A DNA stretch of 64,000 bases from positions 28,832,001 through 28,896,000 of the forward strand of contig NC_058383.1 in NCBI RefSeq assembly GCF_018350175.1, read 5' to 3'. The notes beneath the pieces were generated by a model. It had not been told where the DNA came from. It saw nothing but the letters and a program-made list of their open reading frames with translations, and did no database searches. This DNA is from Felis catus (lineage: Eukaryota). The position numbers and the translations under genes were made by a program. Below, in pieces: positions 23,226 through 34,636 of this stretch (the stretch's first letter is position 1; each line of letters starts with the position of its first letter).

Positions 23226-24060
23226 CTGTGGGGATAAAGAGGTCCTCCGCATGGACTAAAGGCACAAGTGGAAAGTTGGCACAGCCGCACCACATCTACG
23301 GCCACGGGTGACGGAACGTGGCCGGTCGCCCCAAGAAGGGGAAGAGGGGTACGGCTGGACCGCTGTCGCTGAGCAGCTGCGGCTTCCCCTTTGTGCAGAT
23401 GGAAAGCGCCACCTTACGGCCAAGCCCGTGTCCGCCAGGGCCCCGGCCCGACCAAGGGGTGACCTCCTCCCCCGGGAAGCGCCAGCTCTTCAGGCCGGCG
23501 CGGGGCGACCCTCCCTGGCCAGCGCCGTGGCCGCGCCGGGGGCAGAAGCGGGGCCTGGGGTGCTGTCCGGGTCTGGTGGTGGTGGTGGGGGCACGTTCCT
23601 GCCACGCACCTCTGCCAGGCTACAGGCAGTAGTACGGTGACCCCCTGTGCGCCCCGCTCGGCCATGGCACATCGGGTGGAAGTTTCACCGGCTCTCCCCC
23701 TCCGGGGATCCGGGGCTGCGGCGGGAGAGCGCTCCGGCCTTTCCTTGGCCTGCTCTCTCCTTAGCAGGACCCTTATTCCCCGCGGACCCCACCAGGCTCC
23801 CCGCTGTGTGAGGGGACCGACCCCCTGCCCGGCCCCAGCCCCGGAGACTGGCTGGAGAAGGGCGAGCAGACGGCCCCGCTTCCCGGCCGCCACCTCGTCC
23901 GTCCCCGGTGGCCGGAGGGAGCAGACGTCTCTGTTTTGTGGGCAGCGGTCAGAGAGGGCAAGCTGCTTGCCCGGGGCCCCCGGTGGGGCACGGAGCCAGG
24001 GTCAAGCTGGCCCTGGGAGCGCGGCCCGGCCTCCGGGCCTCCAAGAGATGCACTACTTAC

Positions 24061-24114
24061 CGATGCCATAGATGATTGGAAAGTGCTTTTCATTTTCTTC
24101 CCGGTCATTTAGTT
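24061..24114 (-). CDS. NTAN1: NTAN1 exon 7
   Basis: cgttag|(E)LNDREENEKHFPIIYGI|gtaagt; phase 1-1. Confidence 0.95.
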
Positions 24115-24620
24115 CTAACGAAACGAAGAAAAATGCTTTTTAAGGAGTGATTTTTAAGAAAAACTGAACAGTTGCTTTCATTTTCTATAACTGAGGCCAA
24201 CAGGGAGCCCACACTGCAACGGGAGGAAAAAGGACATGCAAGGGACCGTGTTCCTGTTTCCCTGCCAGGTCCCACCGGAGCCGTCAGGTTTCCACCAAAA
24301 CGAGTGCCGCGTCCCGAGTCAGCGCCTCCCGGCTCCCTACACGCTCAGCCACCAGCCACCTGCCGCGCGTGGTGGTGGGTGGCTCCTTCCCAGGAGCAGA
24401 GGAAGCGTCTGAAAATCCCGAGGAAGGAAAGAGGGGCCGTGCTGAAGGGGGTGGGGGTCGGGATGTCATCGGAGGCCAAGCGGGATTTGGGCCTGGGGGG
24501 CGGGCGGGCCACTGGCTGCAGAGGGCGGAGGGGGCTCTCCTGTGGCTGAGGGGCTCGCGCGCGAGGTCTTGCTTTAAGGGTGAGGGCGCCGGCTGTTGGG
24601 GGAAGGACGGCAGAACTTAC

Positions 24621-24674
24621 CTGTCACACACAACGTCACTAAGTGAATGTCATCTTCTTGTCTGTCAAACTCAC
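24621..24674 (-). CDS. NTAN1: NTAN1 exon 6
   Basis: ttgtag|(S)EFDRQEDDIHLVTLCVT|gtaagt; phase 1-1. Confidence 0.95.
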
Positions 24675-25009
24675 CTACAATGAAAAGTTTCAAAGTGGAC
24701 GTCAGAAACCCGTTGAGCAAGTCGAGATGGGGCCGGGCCCTCTCCGTCCCGCCACAACCCGGCCCGCGCTCGGAAGCCAGATTCCTGTGAACTGACGCCA
24801 GGGAACCCGGGTGACGGGCACGTCCCTAGCCTCGAGCCCAAAGGAAACTGTGACCAAAGCTGTCCCTTCGTCTCTTCCTTCTCAGGGGTTTGTGGGGACA
24901 GCGGACTCCGAAAATGTTTACCCCTTACTTAAATAACTTTTTTTTCTTTTTACCAGCCATTCTAAAAACTTGATCACTGTAAAAAAAAAAAAAAAAAACC
25001 GTGGAAAAC

Positions 25010-25600
25010 ACAGGCAAGTGTAAGTACATGGGTCTTTCATAGTACAAGGACACGGGCTTCTGATGCCCACAACCCCAGCAGTTAACAGTCCATGTTTCTT
25101 TCCTACCGTCCGTGTACTGCCGAGCCCGCGCCTCTTAGCCAACTACGTCCTGACTCTGCGGCCACGTGTGCTTTCCCGTGCAATTCACCTCTTCCCAAGT
25201 ACTTTTTTATGGCTACGTAACAATTTCTTTGCTGACGGACATCAGACTGTTTGCTAACGTAAAGGATGTTCCGCCCGCATTTGGGCATGAATCTCCGTGC
25301 ACACGGCAGATTATTTTCTTAGAACAGATTCCCAGAAGGGGAATTACCAGGGCAAAGGAGAGGAACCTTGTTAAGACTTAGGCCACGGGGCCAAATTGCT
25401 TTGCCGACAGGTTACAGCAACGTATGTTCCAGTGCTGGGTGCGTAGGCCCGCCTCGCCGCGGTTAACACAGAACGAGGTCTCTTTTGAATCCTCGCTAAT
25501 TTAACGGGAAAAGGTGGCATCGTCGGCGTTTTACCTTCCTGCAGGTTAAAACGGACATCACTGCCCAGAGGGCTGCTCACCATCTTATTCACCGCTAGCG
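25010..25600 (-). mobile_element. Old L1 fragment, GC-shifted
   Basis: ttttcttagaacagattcccagaaggggaattaccagggcaaagg and gccaaattgcttt resemble old L1M 3' regions. Confidence 0.5.
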
Positions 25601-25818
25601 TTTACCGTCTTGGACCGTGTCGACTACTGTTTCCAGGAAAATCTCGTCCCCCTCCCATTGGCCCCTGAATCGTAGCTCCGTCCCTCTGTCCGAGTCCAAG
25701 CCGAGCCGGTCAGGCTGCTCCCTGTAGCTGCCCCGAGAGGCTGTGCACTAAGTAGCGTTTTGATCCAAACAAAAGCGGGTGCAAGTTTTCATCAAAGTTG
25801 GGGAAACTGTGAACTTAC

Positions 25819-25892
25819 TAAGAAGTTGATGAGTAAGTTTTTGTGACAACTGCCTGTCATCACTGAAGCCTCCCACGAGGTGCACTTCCAGC
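25819..25892 (-). CDS. NTAN1: NTAN1 exon 5
   Basis: tgccag|(R)LEVHLVGGFSDDRQLSQKLTHQLL|gtaagt; phase 2-1. Confidence 0.95.
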
Positions 25893-27566
25893 CTGGCAAA
25901 GAGACGGGACGGTGGTCAGAGGCCAGCACTCCGGCCGCGGGGCGCCCTGGCTTTGCTCGGGACCTCGGTTCTCCGCCTCCACGAAGCCGCGCTCCGCAGC
26001 GGCGCTTCCTCCCGGGGCCTCTTCCGTGCCTCGCGGCGGGGAGGACGCGTCTGGGCGGCACTGGGAGAAACGGGGGAGGCTGCCAGGGCCGCGCGAGCCG
26101 CTGGGGACGCGGCCAGGGGCGCTGATGGCGGACGGGAGCTGCCTGCACGCGAGCGGCCCCGATGCGGAGCTTAAGACGCTCCCCTCGGTTAGAATAGGGC
26201 TGTGGCGCACTTCGAGAAACCTCTTCGGCATCTCAGCCTAAGGGGAACCGGGGTGCAGGGCCGCGAAGGGGGGCTGGCGGACCGCTCACCTCACTCTTGT
26301 CCAGCAAACCCGGAGCCAAGGACTGTCGCCTCCCAATTTCAAGACGGGAACCAGGTCGGTTTCTACAGGCCATGCTTACCCCCCCACACCAGCTTTTCCA
26401 GGTTTGGGGAACCCTGCTACTCCCCCGGGGTGGCCCTTCTGGGGACTGTCACTGCACACGCTAGCACAGCACAGCTCTCAAACTCCTGTGCTTGAGCCTG
26501 TATTCTGCCCCCCCCCCCCCCCCCCCCCCCCGTCTGCGAGCCCCCTCGTCCACAGCCTGGGACAACCCGAGGGAGGAACCCGAACCGGCCAGAACTGGCA
26601 TGAGGACAAGCATCACGTGGCCCCACACAAACACGAATGGGCCAGACGAGCCACGGTCACCACGGCTTTGCTCGACACAGGGCCACGGGTTTGCCTTCCC
26701 AGTCTTGGGAAGGCACGACCACGTGCGTTCCACGGACAGACCAAAGATCCCTCCTGCCACGTCTCAGCACCGCACCAGGGGGCCCAGCGCAAAATGACAC
26801 TGCTGGCCCGGCCTATGTGACACTAGTGACACCAGGAAGAAGGGCTTTATTATTATTTTTGTTAAATCCCTAGGATTCTGAGAACGTGTAGATGACCAGA
26901 CTAGTCCGTTCTGTGGCCACCCCAGACTTTCTCCCCAGCGAGGGGCAGGAGGGGGCACAGGTGTGTGTGGGACCAGGTCCCCTGTGTTCCAGGGTGACAG
27001 CTGTTGGGAGGGGGCGGCCACCTGACGGGCCACCGTGGGAAAATGCACCCTCACCCGCACCCCCCTCCCCCCCGCCACGGTGGGTTCCTCCCTGCCTCGA
27101 CCTCCACGGTCCTTCCCACCCTTGAACACCCTGTTTTGCTTCCTGCCGGCCTCCTTGCTTCAGGGCACTTCGGGGGCAGGTGTCTGTCTACCGGCCACGG
27201 CTATGGCCCCGACACCTATAACAAGCTCCCCCTGGGAGAAAACACCCGACAAGCAGCTGCCGGAACGAACGAATGAAGAGAAGGCATCTGGGATTCGCTG
27301 ACGCGTGAGCGAGCATCCCACGATACGGGAGCAGAAACACAAGCTGAGGTTCCAAGTCAAAGCTTCATCCCCAGGCCAGCCTGCACCCGCCACCCGGTCT
27401 GCTCGCTCCACGGCCACCGGCGAGGGGCCGACGCTGTGCCGGCTCGGCTCCAAACGAACGAGCCGGTCGCCGTGGCGGTGACCTTCCATGCGGCGGCCAC
27501 GGCCGTCCCCTCTACGTGACAGAGCGCGGGGCCCGGCACCACGGGACACGGGAACGGGGCGCTCAC

Positions 27567-27675
27567 CTTCCACACGGAGCGTGGTCGGAGAAGGATTTGA
27601 TGGAGCTCATGATCAGGGGGACCTCCGCTTTGGTGTCACTTCCGTCACAGTGGGTCAGGCAGGTGGCCCCGTTAC
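27567..27675 (-). CDS. NTAN1: NTAN1 exon 4
   Basis: ctcag|(G)NGATCLTHCDGSDTKAEVPLIMSSIKSFSDHAPCG|gtgagc; phase 1-2. Confidence 0.95.
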
Positions 27676-27935
27676 CTGAGGCAAAGGGGGGAACGACTCA
27701 CGTTACTCCGGGTGAGGGCTCCGTGCTCGAGCCAGATCTACTCCCATCCCTTCAGACGCCTCCTCTGTCAATGCCCTGGAAGGAGACCCAGAAGGATCTG
27801 TGCTGCCCCGCCCACCCTTCTGACCCGGGTACCAGGGAGATGCCATGCGGGGGGGGGCAGGGTCCGGCTGCGGGCAGGACACCAGGAATGTCAGGGGCAG
27901 AGACGCAACGCTGCCCTTCCTCTCGCTCGCCGTAC

Positions 27936-28001
27936 CTGTGTGCCTCAGGACCACAATGTGACAGGTGGTGGCATCATCAGAACCCAGGATGGAGATGGAG
28001 C
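27936..28001 (-). CDS. NTAN1: NTAN1 exon 3 (contains Cys75 of DDATTCH)
   Basis: accag|(G)SISILGSDDATTCHIVVLRHT|gtacgg; phase 1-1. Confidence 0.95.
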
Positions 28002-28077
28002 CTGGTTGGAAAAGAGAGAAAATGAAACATCCAGGAGCCCCGGGGGGTGATGCCCGATTCACGGCTTCCTAACCTAC

Positions 28078-28180
28078 CATCCTGCGGGGAGGCCGCTGCA
28101 AGCTCTCTTTGCTGAACATACAGAAGGCCCTGGGGTCCCACTTGCTGAACAGACTGACCTCTGAGAAGTCTGGCTCTTTC
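28078..28180 (-). CDS. NTAN1: NTAN1 exon 2
   Basis: aacag|ERARLLRGQSVQQVGPQGLLYVQQRELAAASPQD|gtagg; phase 0-1. Confidence 0.95.
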
Positions 28181-28781
28181 CTGTTCGATTAAAACAAGAT
28201 AAAAGAGGGACGGAAATTAGCGATGACTGGGTACCTAGAGGGGTGGCGAGGCCCGACGTGCGCCTGGGCGGGAGACGCAGGCTCTGTGGGGTGCCACCAG
28301 GCTGAAAGGCCAAGGGAACGGGGCTGCGGCCACTACCGCAGCCCCTACGGGTGGGGGGCGGCGGAGCAAAGGAGACGGTGAGCTCCCGGGCTTCGTTCCG
28401 CCTGCGCCTGAGGGACCAGAGTGCAGGCCTTTCTCCTCAAGCGCAAGAGACCCTCCAGGGCTCTGCACCCGGGAAGGGAAGCCGACCGTCGGCCCGAGGG
28501 CCCGGCCGGCTCCGAAAACACGGCCCTTGTGCAAGAGAGGTGGACACCGTCCCTGCCCCCGAGCTGGTCGTCCCCACGCTGGGAATCTGGACCTCTGGAC
28601 CGGGGAACCTCCCTCCCCCACCAACGCACACACCCGGGTGGCTTGGAACGACAGAGGTGAGTTATGCCGAAGAGACTCACGCTATTGCACAGTCAGGAAA
28701 AATGAAGACTAGGAAAGATGGTTTTGAAATGCAAACTGACAAAAAGTGTAAAAAAAAAAAAATCTTTAAAAGTTATAAATA

Positions 28782-28980
28782 AGGGCGCCTGGGTGGCTGA
28801 GTCAGGTGAGCGTCCAACTTTGACTCAGGCCATGATCTCGTGGTCCGTGAGTTCAAACCCCGTGTTGGGGGCTCTGTGCTGACAGCTCAGAACCTGGAGC
28901 CCGCTTTGGATGTGGTGTCTCCCTCTCTGCCCCTCCCCCGCTCATGCTCTGTCTCAAAAATGAATAAACGTCACAAAAAT
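28782..28980 (+). mobile_element. Can-SINE
   Basis: Head and tail; TSD tttaaaagttataa. Confidence 0.9.
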
Positions 28981-29391
28981 TTAAAAGTTATAACTCTGCG
29001 GTGATGATCACAAGGCTCAAGTGTTGCCACGTGGGAGGAAGCACGAGGAGATTCACCCGCATGGCCACAGCCACGGTCAGACAGGGCAGACCGAGTGCGT
29101 TAGCATTTGCTCTCTCGCCTTGTCCCGATTCCGTAAATGTGCTATGATGGAGCCGTGACCGAGGCAGACAACCAGAAAGGGCCCGTCCTAAATCAGCAAA
29201 TTCATGAAAAGGCTGTGTTGGAATCAGGTGTCCAAACCTTCTCTCCCTTCGTATTGGCAGAAATTCTTACGCAGGAAGCCCTGAGTCGTGGGTGCAAGCG
29301 TTGACTCGCTGCACTGTGCCCCTGCAACTAACAGGTCACTGTATGTCAGCTGTACTGTAATTCGAATTTTTTTTAAAAAGTCTTCCACACT

Positions 29392-29595
29392 GGGGCGCCG
29401 GGGTGGCTCAGTCGGTTAAGTGGCCGACTTCGGCTCAGGTCATGATCTCACGGTTTATGGGCTCGAGCCCCGCGTCGGGTTCTGTGCTGATGGCTCGGAG
29501 CCTGGAGCCTGCTTCGGATTCTGGGTCTCCCTCGCTCTCTGCCCTGCCCCCGCTGGTGCTCTCTCTCAAAACTAAAATGTTAAAAAACACAAAAA
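29392..29595 (+). mobile_element. Can-SINE
   Basis: ggggcgccggggtggctcagtcggttaag head, A-tail. Confidence 0.9.
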
Positions 29596-30675
29596 TGCCA
29601 GAGCGATACAAGAAATTACATCACACGGGGTACGCAGATGGGTCACTACTTCCTCCTGACTTGCAACAAGTCGACTCAAAGAACAGACTGCGACCCAAAT
29701 GCGCAAACCCAGAGGAGGTAGGTGGGGTCCGGCCAGGACCCCGGCTTCACGGTCTCACACGGGCCGCTCGCCACGGCTGAGCATGGTGTGCCCGGTGAGG
29801 CTGGCACTTGCTTAATCAATAATAAGATACAAGATATATTAAAAAAAAAAAAAATCAGCTTGATTCGTTACCCAGAGTTTTCTTCTCTTAATAAACTCTC
29901 GTTAACTGGAAGCAAGGCAGCCATTAGCACGACGGCGGCTCCTCAACAGAACAAACGAGAAGGAGTAAGTGGGAGTAAGTGAGCTGCCGTGTCAGTCGGC
30001 CAGGCTCGGTCGCAGCGGTCAGGGAGGAACTGGCCGTGACTCACGGTTCTGCAACTCGGTAAACACCTCGCCTCCCGGGTGCTCTGCATGTCACACGCTC
30101 GTCACCTCACCTTGATTCGAAATTAGACGCAGGACAGCGCGCACTTTCCTTTCCGTTAGCCCCGGGACACTTACCTTGGCCTCTGTGCTGGCGGGGGCGG
30201 GGGGGGGGGGGCCGGGCCAATGGGGGCCACAGACGTCCACGCTGGGGCCACCACCCCAAAGGCAAAGCCGTGTGTGCGCGTGAACTGCCACTTGCGTGCC
30301 CGAGAGCAAACATCCCAACGGCCCAGCTCCCCCCACCCTCGCCCTCCCCACCCTCTTCCCCCCCTTCACCCCCCCCCCCCCCCCCCCGTGTCCCAGACAG
30401 ACAGGAGCATAAATCATCAGAAGAGATGATGCCACAAAGCGAAAAGAACATGTTGTTTTGGTTTTCCGCTTTTAAGGAATGAAAAAAGTTCAGCCAACTT
30501 CTCCTCTGTGGAAAAACACAGAGAGCTACTCCGTCAGCTCCCATCCCTCCCCGAAATACCGGCCAGCTTTCTGGGCCTCTGATACTCTCCGGACACCAAC
30601 GTTCATGAAAAAAGCCTCCTGTCCAGTAGTCCCTCCCTTCCCAGCTCCTGCCCCACGGCGCTGCCCTCCTAGGCC

Positions 30676-31236
30676 GGGGCTCAGCAAACTTTCCTCCGCA
30701 AAGGGCCGGAGAGGAACTATTTTGGGCTCCGCTGGGGTGCGGTCTCCTGTTGCAACCACCAGGCTCTGCTGTGTAGCCTGAAAGCAGCAGGGACAACACG
30801 TAAACAGACGGATGTCGCCGTGTCCCCAGAAGACTTGGTTTATGGGCGCCACGGAAATCTGAATCAACTTCACTGAATTCCGCATGTCACGAAGTAATGC
30901 TATTTTTTAACGGTTTTCTTGAATTATTGAGAGAGAGAGAGAGAGAGAGAGAGTAGGAGGGAGGGGCAGAGACAGAGAGAAGGAGAGAGAATCCCAAGCA
31001 GGCCCCACACTCAGTGCGGAGCCTGGCTCGGGGCTCGAACTCCCCGACCTTGAGATCATGACCTGACCTGACGTGAAAGCAAGAGTCAGACACTTAACCG
31101 ACTGAGCCGCCCAGGTGCCCTGAAATTGTGTTTTTTTGATTTCTGTAGCCCCACCACTTAAACCTGTAAAAACCATTCTTGGCTGACGGGCTGTCCACAC
31201 GTGACCTCTGGCGTGGGGCTGGGGCCTGAGGACCCC
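30676..31236. mobile_element. MER58-type hAT DNA transposon fossil interrupted by a SINE
   Basis: gggctcagcaaactt...aaagggcc...ggtctcctgttgcaaccac...gaaagcagc...gacaacacgtaaac; resumes after SINE with gtaaaaaccattctt. Confidence 0.65.
30903..31120 (-). mobile_element. Can-SINE
   Basis: (GA)n linker and reverse head gccgcccaggtgccc. Confidence 0.9.
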
Positions 31237-31741
31237 TAATTCCCCGGGCACTTAGGACAAACGATCACGTGCCCCTTCCCCCTGCTGCTCTGTTCCGTCC
31301 GCTCTTCACATTCTCCTCCTCCGGGAAAAGGGGATCGTGCCGTCTGCTCCTCAGGTCGTGTGAGGGTTAACGGACGGCAGGTTTGTCGTGGGTGGCTGTC
31401 GCCAGGCCCGCCCGGGTCCCGACCCCGGGGTCCCCCGTGTCCACGCTGCCCTCCCCGGTGGCTGCCAGCATCACTGCTTCAACACACGGCTCTGTCACAG
31501 CCCCTTTCCTGCTCAGAAATCCTTGGAGTCCAGCGATGTCACTCGCAGGAATAATTACAGGGGTTTACAAAGATTCAGCTCCGTGACTGTTTCTAACACA
31601 GCAGATTTATAAAGATCCTCCGTGCTTAGAAGCAGGAACTAAGTTGCGGTGCATTCGTATCGCGGAATTCTACGGAACCACGCTTAAGCCAACGCTGCTG
31701 GCCGAGCATCCGGTGACCGGCTGAGAGCAAAGGCTCTCGGA

Positions 31742-31942
31742 CAGCACGGCCCAGAGGAACTTCGTGCGGTGACGGCAGCCGTCTATTTCTGCCCCGCCTC
31801 GTACAGTAGCCACGAGCCCCACGTGGCCGTGGGGCACTTGGAAGGTGGCTGGTAGGACTGAGGAAGTGATTTTTACATTTTCTTTCACCGTCATTACGTG
31901 AAAATCGCCTTACGTGGCCAGGGCCACGGCACTGAGCACTGC
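31742..31942. mobile_element. MER3-type hAT DNA transposon fossil
   Basis: cagtagccacgagccccacgtggcc...gcacttggaaggtggctggt...gactgaggaa matches recalled MER3 layout. Confidence 0.65.
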
Positions 31943-34278
31943 GGCGTTCTAGACTCAGAGGCACCCTGCCAGGGTCCCGATGGGGACTTCGCCCCTTTGG
32001 GGACGGGGGACCTCGGGCAACCCGCTTCCACCGCTCTGCGCCTCACAGTCCTCATCTGTAAAATGGGAGTGGGAACGGCGCCCTCTCCCGGGGGCTGGGC
32101 AAGTCCCACCGCGTCACGGCCGTGACTATTCTGTGCTGGGCGCGGCTAGGGACAGGCTAGTAACCGCTGGTCCTGCATGTGACCGGCTGTGTGGCGTGAA
32201 AAAGACACATCACAGAACGGAAGAGGTAGTATGCTCTTGTGTCTAGAAGGGTCTCATTCCCACACAAAGAAAAACCTCTGGAAGGGTGTTTGCCAAAATA
32301 TGAATAACGGTAACGCTCACAGATGATTTTTTTTTCTTCTTTGTGACACTTCTGTTTTCTTTTCTCTTACAAAGGGGACACGCGACTTGTAGAAAACAAG
32401 CCATGAAACTTTTCATCTCCCCCTCTTCCTTGAAAGATCCACCAAAACCCCTCTAACCCGGGTGCGACCCACCTCCCTGGGTTTACCTTCCACGTCCCCT
32501 CACCCCCTCTGCGCCAGGGAATCTGGCCAGTCCACCTGCCCTCGGGGCGCTTCCTCCCTGCGCTCAGTGGCAGTCTTGCTTGCTCACCTAGAATGTTCTC
32601 TCCTTCCTCCCCACTCGAATCTCTCCCATGCGTCCATCCTTCTTCCCTAAGACTGCTAAGTGATCCGTCCCCCAGGTTCCTGTGATGCAAATCGGCCCCC
32701 AGGACGCGGCCTTTCCTTTCAAGAGGGCAGGCCACCCTGGCCTGTCACATCCCTCCCCCCCACCCCACCCCCACACGGAGTGTGCTGCCTTGGACACTGA
32801 TCTATCACAGAAACTTCCCGAGAGACATAAAGATAGCGTCACCTTAACTCCTTAGGCAGCTGAAAGTTTCTCCCCTTGGTGAGTCCTACTGGGACTTCAT
32901 TCCTTCACAATGTGCCGGCGATGTGGCCCAAGGAAAGTGCTTACCACAGGGCCTAGTGTCGGCTAAGTGCCCAGGAGGTGCTGGCTAAGGTGCCTCCTGT
33001 TTTCCCGAAATGGAAGCTGCGAATCACAGCGTGGTCCCCTTTTCCCGGTAACTCCTCAGCCTTCAGGTCATTTTCAGGGGTCACTGTGCTCATTCGTTTA
33101 TATAACAAGTAAATTACAAAGTGCAGATTCATTGCCAGCGGCTGCCCCAGGCTCTGAGGACACGCACAGTGACACATACTTCGTCTGCCTTCAGGAAGCT
33201 TACATTCTGGGGGACAGATCAAGGGACAATAGAAAAGAAAAAAAAAAAAAAAACACCTATGCAGACAAAGTGATTACAAACCGCACAAGGGTCCCAGAGG
33301 AAACCTCAAAAATACCTTCTCCGAGCCTACAGACTGTCAAGTTCCTCTGCTTCCCGGTTCAGAGGGAAAAGGGGCATTCTTCCTTTAGGGCACTTAACAG
33401 TTTGCGTATTCGAGCCATTTGTGATTAGAAACCATACCCTCTAACTAGGCTGTAAAGCAGTCCGCCCCGATTGTAGGAAAGAGGTCAACACGGCGCCCAA
33501 CACACAGTGGAGGCTCAGCCTGTCCCTCCAATCAATGAACTGACTGATTTCCCCCTAACTAGATCCGGGACAAGGGGAAGGTTTGGACTCAAGAACCCCT
33601 TTCCAAACTGTCTCTGCACAAGCACGGATTAGGGGTTCGGAGACCTATTTGAGGACAAAAGCAGGAAGACAAAACCCAAACCCTTCCATCAGGGCGTGGT
33701 CCTCAACACGGCTCAGCTGGGGAGAAGCAGGGCCCTTTCTTACGGCTAAAAATACTACCCGGAGGCCCGTGGGGAGGGGAGCCCGAGGGAGCGGCCGGGT
33801 GCCCCTGCCCGAAGCCCGCTGGGGGAAGCCGCTCCCCGCGGTGTGTGGGCCCCCGTGAGAGCCCCCGCGCAGGGGCCCTTGCCCCGGTTGGCCTCAACGG
33901 GCAAGCCCGGCTCGGAGCGGGAACCCGCCTGCCCAGGGTCGAGAGTCCCCGGGCACCCTCCAGCCGCGGTGCTGTGCGACCTCGGGCAAACCGCCTAACC
34001 TCTCTGGGCCGCCGGCCCCTCCTCCGGCAAAGAGAGGCCTCGGCACGTGCCCTCGGAGGCCCAAGGAAGGTGAAAGCCCCACAGATGCCTCGAGCGAAGG
34101 CAGAAGATCGCTGCCGGCGGCCGGGGCTCCCGACGTGCCGAGAGCGGCTCGGCTGCGCCAAGTTTAAACCCTGCCTCGGGAAGAGCGCCTGGAGGCGGCG
34201 GGGTGAGGAGAGTCGGGCGCGTCCGGCAGGTCCCCTCGGGCCCTCCTCGGAGCCCCCCCCACCCCGGGCCCTGCTCAC

Positions 34279-34359
34279 CTCCAGAAGCGGGTGGGCGCGC
34301 ACGAGGTCCCCCGCGGACTGCGGCAGCCGCACTCGCCGCCCCTCGACTAGCAGCGGCAT
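34279..34359 (-). CDS. NTAN1: NTAN1 exon 1 (protein N-terminal asparagine amidohydrolase, N-degron pathway)
   Basis: ATG at 34359; MPLLVEGRRVRLPQSAGDLVRAHPLLE|gtgagc; the ten exons sum to 933 nt = 310 aa + stop. Confidence 0.96.
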
Positions 34360-34560
34360 CGCGGAGGCGGCCGCCCCGGCAGGCCCAGGGAGGCGGCGGC
34401 CTCCCCAGCCCCGGGCCGCCCGCGGCCCCCGCCCCCGGGCCGCCCCGCCGTGCCGCGCCCCGCCCCCCCTCCCCCGCGGGCGCCGCCGGGAAGTGAAGTC
34501 CCACGGGGGCGGCGCAGGTCCGCGCGGTTCAGGAAATCGGGGGCGGGCCGCAAGGCCCTA

Positions 34561-34636
34561 TGGGAGATGTAGTCAAAACGCGGGAGAACGGCCCTCGGCC
34601 CGCCCCCTCCGCAGGGGGCGCTGGGAAATGTAGTCC
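34561..34636 (-). promoter_or_regulatory. Two ZNF143/THAP11-type ACTACAnnTCCCA motifs
   Basis: Minus strand GACTACATCTCCCA (34561-34574) and GGACTACATTTCCCAG (34621-34636). Confidence 0.7.

Noticed and set aside
23300..31000. Many 100-230 aa ORFs in NTAN1 introns
   Set aside because: Overlapping on both strands, no recognisable domains, explained by GC content
33845..34633. 262-aa + strand ORF over the NTAN1 CpG island
   Set aside because: Low-complexity Arg/Pro/Gly/Ala product expected from stop-poor GC-rich DNA, antisense to NTAN1 exon 1
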